A model generated the notes under the pieces. That model was not told the DNA's origin. It ran no database searches and saw only the letters and a list, made by a program, of their open reading frames with translations. A stretch of 33,712 bases of DNA, taken from IMG/VR virus record IMGVR_UViG_3300005838_000003. One strand, written 5' to 3'. The position numbers were made by a program, and so were the translations under genes. Source of the DNA: a virus. Shown piece by piece: positions 14,991 through 23,456 of the stretch (position 1 is the stretch's first letter; each line of letters starts with the position of its first letter).

Positions 14991-16920
14991 AGTAATAGTA
15001 ATTAGTGCAGATACTAAAGCAGCACAAAAAGCCCTTGAAGAAGTCAATTTAACTATTGAACAGCAAGAGGATTTATTAAAAGATACTCAAAGACAACTCG
15101 AAAAGCTAGAAGATTTAAGAGATAAAACAAGTAAAAAAGATTTAAATAAAATAAAACAATACAACGAAAAAATAGCTGAAACTAATAAGCATTTAAAAAG
15201 AACTAAAACAAGACTACAAGAAAATAAACAAGAAAGAATTAAATCAAATAAAGTAATAAAAGAATCAGTAAAAGAACAAAGAGAATATACAGGTGTTCTT
15301 GGAATAATTGACAAACAAACTGGTGGTGCTATTTCAGGGTTTCAAGGGTTTACTAAGAGTATAGGTGGTGCAACTAAAGGAATGAAGCTACTTAGAGTGG
15401 CTATTATTGCTACAGGGATTGGAGCTTTAGTTATTGTAATTACATCTTTAATTGCAGCATTTACACAAAGCGAAAAGGGACAGGAAAAACTACAAGTAGG
15501 TTTAAAAATGCTTGGAGCAGTAGTAAAACAAATAATGGATTCATTTGCTGCTTTAGGAGAAGGAATTATAGAAGCAGTTACAAATCCTAAAAAGGCTATA
15601 GAAGACTTGGGTTCTAGTATATTAAAATTTTTAAAAAATCCTATTGACACTGTTGTAGGAGCTTTTAAAGATGCAAAAGAATCAGCAACTAATTTTATAG
15701 AAGAAACAAAAAAAGAAATAAATACAATCGGAGAAGTAACAAAGGCAAGACAAAAGGCACATCATATAGAAAGAGATTTACAAGTTGAAAGAGCAGAGGC
15801 TAACAGAGAAATAAACGACATAAGATTACAAGCTGAAGATAGGGAAAAAAATACTGCTGCTCAAAGAATTGTTTTATTAAGAAAAGCACAAAAGATTGAA
15901 GAAGAAATTACTCAAAAAGAAATTTTAGCTAAAAAACTTTTAGTAGATGCTCAAATTCTTGAAATGGAGCAAGGTTTAAATACTATTGAGGCGAAAGATA
16001 AACTTGCTAAAATGCAAGCAGAGTTAATAAACTTAGATACTAAAAAACTTAGAAGTCAAAGATTATTACAAACACAAATTACAACAGCATTAAATGAAGA
16101 AAAAGCAGCAGCAGCAGAAAAGAAAAAAATTGCTGATAAAAAAATAGAAGATGATGCAATAGCAGCACAAAAAGTTATAGATGATGCTAAAACTAAAGAA
16201 CAAGAAAGGTTAGATGGTATAAAAGAAATACAAGATGCATTTAAAGAAGCTGAAGCTGAAAGAAACGCAATAACAGAAGAAGAAAAAGCAACTTTAGAAG
16301 CAGAAAAAGCAATAGCTGATTTAGATAAATTAAATGCAACAGAAGAACAGAAAGCTAAAATTGTTGCTTATTGGAATGGACAAATACAAATAGGCAAAAA
16401 TAAAGATGCTAAAAATGATGAAGCAAGAGATAAGGCAGTTTCTAATGCTAAGTTAGCTATAGCACAACAATCAATGGCATTAATTGGAGAGATTGCAGGT
16501 AGAGGTTCAGCAATAGGAAAAGCTATGGCAATAGGTCAAGCCACAATTTCAGGGATTCAGGGGGTGCAAAACACTTTTGCAACAGCAAATCTAAGTCCTA
16601 TTACCGCAGTATTCCCTGCCTATCCTTATATTCAAGCCTCCATTTCTGGAATATTTAGTGCATTACAAATTAGAAAAATAGCATCTACTAAAGCAGATGG
16701 CAAAGGCGCAACACCAAGTCCAACAGTTAGTGGTGGTGGTGGTGCTGCCCCTATAACCCCATCATTACCTCCTGCATTTAATACTGTTGGAGCAAGTAAT
16801 ACAAATCAATTAGCTTCTGCAATAAGTGGTCAAGCACCTGCTAGAGCATACGTAGTAAGCAATGATGTTACTACTGCACAAGGATTAGAAAGAAATATTG
16901 TTGAAGGAGCAACGATATAA
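14977..16920 (+). CDS. Tape measure-like protein, 647 aa
   Basis: Long K/E-rich coiled-coil stretches. A hydrophobic block LLRVAIIATGIGALVIVITSLIAAF. A Gly/Ala-rich C-terminal part. This is the typical tape-measure architecture. Confidence 0.7.
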   Translation: MAITKVIVISADTKAAQKALEEVNLTIEQQEDLLKDTQRQLEKLEDLRDKTSKKDLNKIKQYNEKIAETNKHLKRTKTRLQENKQERIKSNKVIKESVKEQREYTGVLGIIDKQTGGAISGFQGFTKSIGGATKGMKLLRVAIIATGIGALVIVITSLIAAFTQSEKGQEKLQVGLKMLGAVVKQIMDSFAALGEGIIEAVTNPKKAIEDLGSSILKFLKNPIDTVVGAFKDAKESATNFIEETKKEINTIGEVTKARQKAHHIERDLQVERAEANREINDIRLQAEDREKNTAAQRIVLLRKAQKIEEEITQKEILAKKLLVDAQILEMEQGLNTIEAKDKLAKMQAELINLDTKKLRSQRLLQTQITTALNEEKAAAAEKKKIADKKIEDDAIAAQKVIDDAKTKEQERLDGIKEIQDAFKEAEAERNAITEEEKATLEAEKAIADLDKLNATEEQKAKIVAYWNGQIQIGKNKDAKNDEARDKAVSNAKLAIAQQSMALIGEIAGRGSAIGKAMAIGQATISGIQGVQNTFATANLSPITAVFPAYPYIQASISGIFSALQIRKIASTKADGKGATPSPTVSGGGGAAPITPSLPPAFNTVGASNTNQLASAISGQAPARAYVVSNDVTTAQGLERNIVEGATI

Positions 16921-16921
16921 A

Positions 16922-16951
16922 TACAAAATTAAATTTTAAATACGTTATATT
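16922..16951 (+). promoter_or_regulatory. Late box copy 3: TACAAAAT-N12-ACGTTATATT
   Basis: ACG at 16942 lies 13 nt before ATG 16955 (protease). Confidence 0.55.
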
Positions 16952-16954
16952 ATT

Positions 16955-17554
16955 ATGAGAATTATTGAATTAATCTTAGATGAAGAAGAAGAAGACGCAG
17001 GAATTGAAGCAATAAGCATAGTAGAATCTCCTGCAATAGAGGAGGATTTTATTGCTTTAAATTCTAAAGAAATTAAACTTGCTGAAATCTCAAAAGATAA
17101 AAAATTATTAATGGGTGCTTTGCTTGTTCCTAATAAACCAATATATAGAAAGTCAGGAGAGGATGAGTATTATATATATTTCTCAAAAGATACTATATCA
17201 AAAGCATCTCAATTATATTTAAAAAATGGTAATCAAAACAATTCGACTTTAGAACATCAACATTCTTTAAGTGGATTAACACTTGTAGAATCGTGGATAG
17301 TAGAAGATAAAGAAAAAGATAAAAGTCGTCTATATAATTTAAATGTTCCTGTAGGAACTTGGATGGGCACTGTAAAAGTGAACAACGATGAAGTATGGAA
17401 CGAATACGTTAAGACAAATAAAGTTAAGGGTTTCAGTATCGAAGGATATTTTGCTGATAAAATGGAATCTCCTAAAGAGTCGGTGGAAGAAAAAATGGAG
17501 ACTGAAAATAATAAATTACTTAAATCGATAAAAGAAATCCTTAATGCCAATTAG
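16955..17554 (+). CDS. Prohead protease, XkdF-like
   Basis: ISIVESPAIEEDFIAL, LLVPNKPIYR, STLEHQH and KGFSIEGYF resemble the XkdF-type putative serine protease family. It lies upstream of the scaffold and capsid genes. Confidence 0.65.
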   Translation: MRIIELILDEEEEDAGIEAISIVESPAIEEDFIALNSKEIKLAEISKDKKLLMGALLVPNKPIYRKSGEDEYYIYFSKDTISKASQLYLKNGNQNNSTLEHQHSLSGLTLVESWIVEDKEKDKSRLYNLNVPVGTWMGTVKVNNDEVWNEYVKTNKVKGFSIEGYFADKMESPKESVEEKMETENNKLLKSIKEILNAN

Positions 17555-17726
17555 AAAAATTAGAAGAAATATAGGACCTGGAAGTCAAGGGTATATTCCT
17601 GCTCGTAGTTCTCAAAATGGAGGGCGAAAGGCTTGTTTATGTCCTAACGAAAATACTTATGCACGTGAATGTTGTGATGGTTCTATATGGGCTCAAGGCA
17701 TTGGTGTAATAACTAGAATAAGTTGA
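17544..17726 (+). CDS. Small Cys-rich basic protein, 60 aa, hypothetical
   Basis: ORF track: ...GRKACLCPNENTYARECCDGSIWAQGIG. It overlaps the protease end by 11 nt and is locally GC-richer than its surroundings. Confidence 0.45.
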   Translation: MPIRKIRRNIGPGSQGYIPARSSQNGGRKACLCPNENTYARECCDGSIWAQGIGVITRIS

Positions 17727-17729
17727 AAA

Positions 17730-17759
17730 TACAAAATTTAAAATTAATCACGTTATATA
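17730..17759 (+). promoter_or_regulatory. Late box copy 4: TACAAAAT-N12-ACGTTATATA
   Basis: ACG at 17750 lies 17 nt before ATG 17767 (scaffold). Confidence 0.55.
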
Positions 17760-17766
17760 AATAATT

Positions 17767-18387
17767 ATGAAATCTACTGAAATGTTAAACCAAATCAAGA
17801 CACTTTTAAATATAGAAGTAAAACTTGAAGAAATGAAATTAGAAAACGGTACAAGAGTTGAAGCTGAATCTTTTGAAAAAGGAAAAGAAGTTTTTATCCT
17901 TACAGATGATGAGCGTGTTGCTTTACCTGTAGGGGAATATATTCTTGAAGACTCAAGATTATTAGTTGTAGAAGAAGAAGGAATTATTGGTGATGTTAGA
18001 GAAGTATCTGACGAAGTGCCAGAAAAAGAAGATGAAGAAATTACTTCTGACTTAGAAGAAAAAGAAGCAGAGGTTGGAGATTGGGCAGGAATGGAAAAAA
18101 GAATCCAGAACCTTGAAGATGCAATCGCAGACTTAAAAGGTGATAAAGAAAGTAAAATGGAAGAAGACCTTGAAGAAGAAGTTGAAGGAGTTTTAAAATC
18201 AAGAACAGTAAAAGAAGAATTTACTGAAGTTGAAGAAAAAGTAAAAGAAGAATTATCTCAACCATCTTCACAACCAATTAAACATAGTCCAGAATCTAAA
18301 AAATCAGAAAAGCCAAGAGGATTTTTATATTCTCAAAATAGAACAGGAACAGCTTTAGATAGAGTTTTATCAAGATTAAACAAATAA
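17767..18387 (+). CDS. Scaffolding protein (acidic, helical)
   Basis: Very E/D-rich, for example EVPEKEDEEITSDLEEKEAE and EEDLEEEVEG. It lies between the protease and the major capsid gene. Confidence 0.65.
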   Translation: MKSTEMLNQIKTLLNIEVKLEEMKLENGTRVEAESFEKGKEVFILTDDERVALPVGEYILEDSRLLVVEEEGIIGDVREVSDEVPEKEDEEITSDLEEKEAEVGDWAGMEKRIQNLEDAIADLKGDKESKMEEDLEEEVEGVLKSRTVKEEFTEVEEKVKEELSQPSSQPIKHSPESKKSEKPRGFLYSQNRTGTALDRVLSRLNK

Positions 18388-18408
18388 TTAATAAATAAAT
18401 TTAAAAAA

Positions 18409-18828
18409 ATGAGTACGTACAAATATTTATCAAATGATGAAGTCCGCAACCAAGTTGCACAATCTTATTATACTGCTACAGGAGACATTTCTGAAGCAGA
18501 GTTAGGGAATGACCACAATGTAGCAACAGATGCTTTAACCATCGGTCTACCTTTAATCACATCAGGAAACTTAGGTTGCACTGTTTTCTTTAGAAATACA
18601 GGTGCAGACGCTAACAATACAGTTGCAATTTCACCAAATGCTGCTAATAAAATAATTGGGTCAATTACTTTAGCTGCTTCAGTCGTTGCATCAGGTGGTG
18701 TTTTAGATAAAGATTTTATCAATACAAAAGCAACATCTTTAAAAGGTGATTGGTGTCTTTTAAGAGCAGTTTCATTGACTGAATGGTATATAATTGGAGC
18801 ACAAGGAATTTGGGCATCAGAAGCATAA
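18409..18828 (+). CDS. Small virion protein, 139 aa; possible head decoration or capsid accessory protein
   Basis: It sits immediately upstream of the capsid gene and has a beta-rich Ala/Gly/Thr composition. The function is inferred from position only. Confidence 0.45.
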   Translation: MSTYKYLSNDEVRNQVAQSYYTATGDISEAELGNDHNVATDALTIGLPLITSGNLGCTVFFRNTGADANNTVAISPNAANKIIGSITLAASVVASGGVLDKDFINTKATSLKGDWCLLRAVSLTEWYIIGAQGIWASEA

Positions 18829-18854
18829 TAATTAATTAAATAAAAAATAAAAAA

Positions 18855-19829
18855 ATGAGTAATTTAAAAAAAGTAAATCTTGCGACTGCGGTAAACATCA
18901 CGACTACTTACGCAGGTGAATTTGCAGGTGATTATATCGCTGCTGCTTTACTAAGTGCAAGTACTATCAATGATGGTGGTTTAACTGTAAAAGCAAATAT
19001 TGGGTATAAAGAAGTAATTAAAAAATTAGCTACAAGTGGATTAGTACAGGCTGCAACTTGTGATTTTGACCCAACATCAAATATTACATTAACTGAAAGA
19101 ATTATACAACCAACTGAATTACAAGTTAATTTACAACTTTGTAAAAAAGACTTCGTAAATGACTGGGAAAGTCAGCAAATGGGATTTGGATTAAGTCAAT
19201 CACTTCCTCCAAAATTTTCTGATTTCTTAATTGCTCACGTTGCTGCTGAAGTTGCACAATCTACAGAATTAAATATATGGCAAGGTGATACTGCTGCAGT
19301 TTCTAATAATTCATTTGATGGATTTGAGAAACTAATTGCTGCTGCTGCTGCTGCAGGGGATATTCCTGCAGGTCAACAAATTGCTGCTGCTGCTGTAACT
19401 GCTGCTAATGTCGTTGCTCAATTACATTTAGTTGTAGATGCTATTCCAGATGCTCTTTATGGAAAAGATGGATTAAGAATCTATGTACCAAGTTCAATCG
19501 CTAAATTCTATGTACAAGCGTTAGGTGGATTCTCTGTTGCTGCTACTGCAAATTCAGGGGTTGATGCTAAAGGTACACAATGGTGGAACAATGGTTCTTT
19601 AACTGTTGATGGAGTACAAATCTTTGTTTGTCCAGGAATGAGCGACAATACAATGTATGCTGCCGAAGTTAGTAACCTGTACTTTGGAACTGGTTTATTA
19701 AATAATAACCAAGAAATTAGAGTACTTGATATGGTAGATTTAGATGGAAGCGATAATGTAAGAATGATTATGAGATTTACATCAGGAGTTCAGTTCGGAA
19801 TTGCTTCTGACATCGTTGAATACGCTTAA
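18855..19829 (+). CDS. Major capsid protein
   Basis: 324 aa, placed after protease, scaffold and the small accessory gene. Ala-rich with GC-richer codon usage, and followed by a hairpin. The assignment rests on context and composition. Confidence 0.75.
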   Translation: MSNLKKVNLATAVNITTTYAGEFAGDYIAAALLSASTINDGGLTVKANIGYKEVIKKLATSGLVQAATCDFDPTSNITLTERIIQPTELQVNLQLCKKDFVNDWESQQMGFGLSQSLPPKFSDFLIAHVAAEVAQSTELNIWQGDTAAVSNNSFDGFEKLIAAAAAAGDIPAGQQIAAAAVTAANVVAQLHLVVDAIPDALYGKDGLRIYVPSSIAKFYVQALGGFSVAATANSGVDAKGTQWWNNGSLTVDGVQIFVCPGMSDNTMYAAEVSNLYFGTGLLNNNQEIRVLDMVDLDGSDNVRMIMRFTSGVQFGIASDIVEYA

Positions 19830-19843
19830 TATTAACTAAAATT

Positions 19844-19880
19844 AGGGTAAGTGGGATGAAACTTACTTGCCCTTATTTAT
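19844..19880 (+). terminator. Hairpin after the capsid gene (terminator, attenuator or mRNA-stabilising structure)
   Basis: AGGGTAAGT pairs with ACTTGCCCT (9 bp including one G-U) across a 12-nt loop. The following TATTTAT is only moderately T-rich. Confidence 0.5.
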
Positions 19881-19897
19881 AAATAAAATAAATAACT

Positions 19898-20425
19898 ATG
19901 GCTTGTACATTATCAACAGGGAGAACAGTACCTTGTAAATCAGCCTTCGGTGGCATAAAAACCGTATATTTTGCAGATTTCGGAGCATTAACTGCTGTAA
20001 CTATCGATGCAACAACTAAACAAGTAACTGCTTTAACAGGCAGTCCAACTTGGTATGAATATGATGTAAAAGGAAATTCATCTCTTGAAACTACTGTAAC
20101 AAGTTCAAGAGAAAATGGAACAACTTTTTATACTCAAACTTTAAATTTAACTTTAACTTATTTAGATGCAAAAACTCAAGCAGAAATTCAAGTGCTTGCA
20201 GTTTCGAGACCATATATTGTAGTTGAAGATTATTATGGAAATCAATTCTTATGTGGCTTTGAAAATGGATGTGAACTTATGAGTGGAACTTCTGTTACAG
20301 GAGCTGCTGCAGGAGACCTTTCAGGCTTCACAATGGTGTTTGAAGGAATGGAGGAAACAGCACCATATTTCTTAAATGCTGGATTAGTAACAGGGGCGGT
20401 TACACAAATAGACCCTACTGCATAA
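19898..20425 (+). CDS. Putative major tail (tube) protein, 175 aa
   Basis: The N-terminus CTLSTGRTVPCKSAFGGIKTVYFADF and the size resemble siphophage tube proteins of Bacteroidota phages as I recall them. It is flanked by hairpins, which would fit high expression. Confidence 0.45.
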   Translation: MACTLSTGRTVPCKSAFGGIKTVYFADFGALTAVTIDATTKQVTALTGSPTWYEYDVKGNSSLETTVTSSRENGTTFYTQTLNLTLTYLDAKTQAEIQVLAVSRPYIVVEDYYGNQFLCGFENGCELMSGTSVTGAAAGDLSGFTMVFEGMEETAPYFLNAGLVTGAVTQIDPTA

Positions 20426-20448
20426 TCATATATTATATATTTAAAATT

Positions 20449-20476
20449 AAGCACTCTTATGGGGTGCTTTTTTTTT
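20449..20476 (+). terminator. Rho-independent terminator
   Basis: AAGCACTC-TTATG-GGGTGCTT forms an 8-bp stem with one G-U, followed by a T-run to 20476. Confidence 0.85.
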
Positions 20477-20489
20477 ACCTTTATGTTTG

Positions 20490-20519
20490 TACAAAATAAC
20501 TTATTTAATACGTTATATA
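20490..20519 (+). promoter_or_regulatory. Late box copy 5: TACAAAAT-N12-ACGTTATATA
   Basis: ACG at 20510 lies 14 nt before ATG 20524. Confidence 0.55.
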
Positions 20520-20523
20520 AGTA

Positions 20524-20952
20524 ATGATTGTTTTTACAACTGCTGCAACAGCACAAACGTTTAATATTATACCACGAACTTATGAGAGTGAGTTTACTAT
20601 GTCAATTACTGATGACAGTACTAACATTCCAGTATATTATGACATTACAACAGCAACAACTGATGTAAATTATCTTACATTTAATCAAATATTTAATCCT
20701 GTATTAATTGAAGGACATTTTTATGATATTAGATTATATTCTGATTATAATTATTGGAATACAAATTATCAACTATGGGAAAATGATAATAGCTTTTGGA
20801 ATATAGATAGAACAACAGATGCAACATTATTCAGGGATAGAATTTTCTGTACAGACCAAGAAATTGACCAAATAGAAGACGAATATTATAATATGAATTT
20901 AGGAGTTTATCAGACATTCGACTCTGACGGTAATACATATAAGGTTTTTTAA
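20524..20952 (+). CDS. Hypothetical virion-module protein, 142 aa
   Basis: ORF track. First gene of the portal/fibre late unit. Rich in Y/N/W. No motif. Confidence 0.6.
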   Translation: MIVFTTAATAQTFNIIPRTYESEFTMSITDDSTNIPVYYDITTATTDVNYLTFNQIFNPVLIEGHFYDIRLYSDYNYWNTNYQLWENDNSFWNIDRTTDATLFRDRIFCTDQEIDQIEDEYYNMNLGVYQTFDSDGNTYKVF

Positions 20953-20954
20953 TT

Positions 20955-22865
20955 ATGAGAAAAAATATAAAAAGAGATAATCAAGGAAGGTTTGCTAAGA
21001 ACAGGTCAGAATTTAGTTTTGTTAATTTAGCAACTTATACAAGTCCAGAAATTGTTGAAATTAAAAACAGAGATTGGGTTCAGTATGGTGCTGATAATAA
21101 TTATTTTCAATTTCTTATAGACCGATACAATGGTTCTCCTACAAATAATGCTGCAATTAATGGAATTTCACAAGCAATTTATGGAAAAGGCTTAAATGCT
21201 ACAGATTCAAGCAGTAAACCAAATGAATATGCACAAATGATTACACTTTTAAAGCCTGATATGGTTCAAAAAGTTTGTTATGATTTAAAATTAATGGGTC
21301 AAGCTGCTATACAAGTAATTTATAATAAAGGAAGAACTAAAATTGCAATGTGTGAACATTTTCCTATTGAAACATTAAGAGCAGAAAAAGCAAATGATGA
21401 TGGAGATATAGAAGGATATTATTATTGGAATGATTGGACTACTATAAAGCCTTCAGATAAACCATTACGTATCCCTGCTTATGGTACAAGCAAAGAAGGA
21501 ATTGAGATTTATTATATTAAACCTTACAAGGCAGGATTTTATTATTATTCTCCTGTAGATTATCAAGGAGGATTACAATATGCTGAACTTGAGGAGGAGA
21601 TTAGCAACTACCACTTAAATAATATAATGAATGGTCTGGCACCGTCAATGCTTATTAACTTTAACAATGGAACTCCAAATCAAGAACAAAGAGAATTAAT
21701 AGAACAAAGAATAGCACAGAAATTTTCTGGTTCCAGTAATGCAGGGAAATTCATACTTGCGTTTAACGATAATAAAGAAAGTCAAGCAGAAATTACTCCT
21801 GTTCAATTAAGTGATGCTCATTCGCAATATCAATTTTTAAGTGATGAATCTACAAGAAAAATATTAGTAGCACATAGAGTTGTAAGCCCTATGCTATTAG
21901 GTATTAAAGATTCAACAGGATTAGGAAACAATGCTGATGAGATTAAAACAGCATCTTTGTTAATGGATAACACAGTTATAAGACCGTTTCAGGAGCTTTT
22001 AATAGGTTGCTTTGATAAACTACTTGCTTACAACGATATCGCCTTAAAACTATACTTTATAACCTTACAGCCACTAGAATTTACTGAAGTTGATACTGAA
22101 ATACAAAATGATGAAGATATTGAGGAAGAAACTGGAGTTGAAATGGAAAAATTATGTGATGTTAGTTTATCCAAAGAAAATGATGATAAAATAGCGCAAG
22201 AATTAATCTCTTTAGGTGAAGATATAGATTTAGATACTTGGGAAGTCATTGATGAAATAGATGTTGATTATGAAAATGAAGATAAATATGATGCTATTGT
22301 TGATGTTTTAAATTCTGAAAATGAAAAAAAAGCCACTACACTTAGTAAAATAATAAACTTAGTTAGTACAGGTAGAGCCTTTCCAAATGCAAGAAGCAGT
22401 CAAGATGAAAAAATAAAAGAAAATTATTTTAAAGTTCGTTATTATTATTTTCCTAAAAATAATGCAGGTGGTGAAACAAAAAGTCCAAGAAAATTTTGTG
22501 TAGCTATGGTAAGTGCAAATAAATTATATAGAAAGGAAGATATAATTAGAATGACTAATAGACCTGTAAATGCAGGATGGGGACCTAAAGGTGATTCTGA
22601 AACTTATTCAATTTGGAAGTACAAAGGCGGTGGTAATTGTCATCATTCTTGGAGAAGGGTTACGTTTAAAAGTAAAGATGCAAATATAAATGTTAAAACA
22701 TCTAAAGATATAATTGGAACAAGAGCAGCCGAAATTGATGGTTATAAAGTAAGAAATGATTGGCAAGTTTCTATTCAACCCAGAAGTATGGATTACCGTG
22801 GATTTATGCCTGACAACCCTTGGTATAAAAAAGATGGAAGTTTAATAAATCCAAAAAATAAATAA
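20955..22865 (+). CDS. Portal protein fused to a MuF/SPP1 gp7-like head morphogenesis domain
   Basis: Residues 1 to about 375 look like a portal (YGADNNYFQFLIDRYNGSPTNNAAINGISQAIYGKGL; FSGSSNAGKFILAF; ILVAHRVVSPMLLGI). An acidic linker follows at about 376-455. The C-terminus SPRKFCVAMVSANKLYRKEDI...WKYKGGGNCHHSWRR resembles the Cys/His end motif of MuF-family proteins. Confidence 0.75.
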   Translation: MRKNIKRDNQGRFAKNRSEFSFVNLATYTSPEIVEIKNRDWVQYGADNNYFQFLIDRYNGSPTNNAAINGISQAIYGKGLNATDSSSKPNEYAQMITLLKPDMVQKVCYDLKLMGQAAIQVIYNKGRTKIAMCEHFPIETLRAEKANDDGDIEGYYYWNDWTTIKPSDKPLRIPAYGTSKEGIEIYYIKPYKAGFYYYSPVDYQGGLQYAELEEEISNYHLNNIMNGLAPSMLINFNNGTPNQEQRELIEQRIAQKFSGSSNAGKFILAFNDNKESQAEITPVQLSDAHSQYQFLSDESTRKILVAHRVVSPMLLGIKDSTGLGNNADEIKTASLLMDNTVIRPFQELLIGCFDKLLAYNDIALKLYFITLQPLEFTEVDTEIQNDEDIEEETGVEMEKLCDVSLSKENDDKIAQELISLGEDIDLDTWEVIDEIDVDYENEDKYDAIVDVLNSENEKKATTLSKIINLVSTGRAFPNARSSQDEKIKENYFKVRYYYFPKNNAGGETKSPRKFCVAMVSANKLYRKEDIIRMTNRPVNAGWGPKGDSETYSIWKYKGGGNCHHSWRRVTFKSKDANINVKTSKDIIGTRAAEIDGYKVRNDWQVSIQPRSMDYRGFMPDNPWYKKDGSLINPKNK

Positions 22866-22867
22866 TT

Positions 22868-23380
22868 ATGGCAACACCACTTTTTATAAATAGAACCGAC
22901 CTTGTTCGCAATAGTATCATTGATGGTAATGTTGATACAAATAAATTTATATACTTCATTCGTATTTCTCAAACTATACACATACAAAACTATTTAGGTA
23001 CAGATTTATATCAAGAATTTGAAGGAATGATAACAGCAGGAACATTAACAGTAGCGGCAAATCCAAATCATTATAATTTAATGGTAGATTATATTCAACC
23101 AATGTTAATATGGTATGCTCAAGTTGATTATATCCCCTTTGCAGCGTACCAAATAAAAAATGGAGGTGTATTTAAGCATACTTCTGAAAATAGCGAAAGT
23201 GCTACAAAAGAGGAATTAGATTATTTAGTAGCAAAAGCTAGAGAATATGCAGAATATTATTCAAGAAGATTTATAGATTATATGAATTTTAATCAAGCAA
23301 CTTTTCCTACATATTATTCTAATACTAATGACGATATCGACCCAAGTCAAGACGCAATTTTTAATGGATGGGTATTATGA
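22868..23380 (+). CDS. Hypothetical virion protein, 170 aa; possible head-tail adaptor
   Basis: ORF track. The guess rests on its position after the portal and on the pattern ISQTIHIQNYLGTDLYQEF...IQPMLIWYA, reminiscent of gp6-like connector proteins. Confidence 0.4.
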   Translation: MATPLFINRTDLVRNSIIDGNVDTNKFIYFIRISQTIHIQNYLGTDLYQEFEGMITAGTLTVAANPNHYNLMVDYIQPMLIWYAQVDYIPFAAYQIKNGGVFKHTSENSESATKEELDYLVAKAREYAEYYSRRFIDYMNFNQATFPTYYSNTNDDIDPSQDAIFNGWVL

Positions 23381-23456
23381 GATATAAACCAAAAGAAAAA
23401 AATGTAAAAAAATTAAAAATGTTTTTAAGAAAACAACAGAAAAATAACAAATAATT

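Noticed and set aside
14977-16920. The K/E/A-rich middle of the 647-aa protein considered as a DNA-level tandem repeat or a separate gene.
   Set aside because: The repetitiveness is compositional (coiled-coil heptads), with no clear nucleotide-level period. The ORF is continuous, and the antisense ORFs there are artefacts.
17560-17700. The locally GC-richer stretch considered as a possible tRNA or structured small RNA.
   Set aside because: There is no cloverleaf-compatible stems, T-loop (GTTCGAATC-like) or D-loop motifs, and no convincing long inverted repeats. The region has a clean 60-codon ORF coupled to the protease gene.
19338-19394. (GCT)5 and (GCT)4 trinucleotide runs in the capsid gene as a possible contingency or microsatellite locus.
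   Set aside because: They are in frame and simply encode the Ala runs LIAAAAAAG and IAAAAVTAAN. They are short, and there is no evidence for phase-variable function. They would only cause in-frame Ala number changes.
23377-23454. 25-aa basic ORF (MRYKPKEKNVKKLKMFLRKQQKNNK), ATGA-coupled to the upstream gene and ending just before the tail fibre ATG.
   Set aside because: It is very short and low-complexity (A-rich spacer translated as Lys/Asn). The coupling is suggestive, but there is too little information to call a gene.
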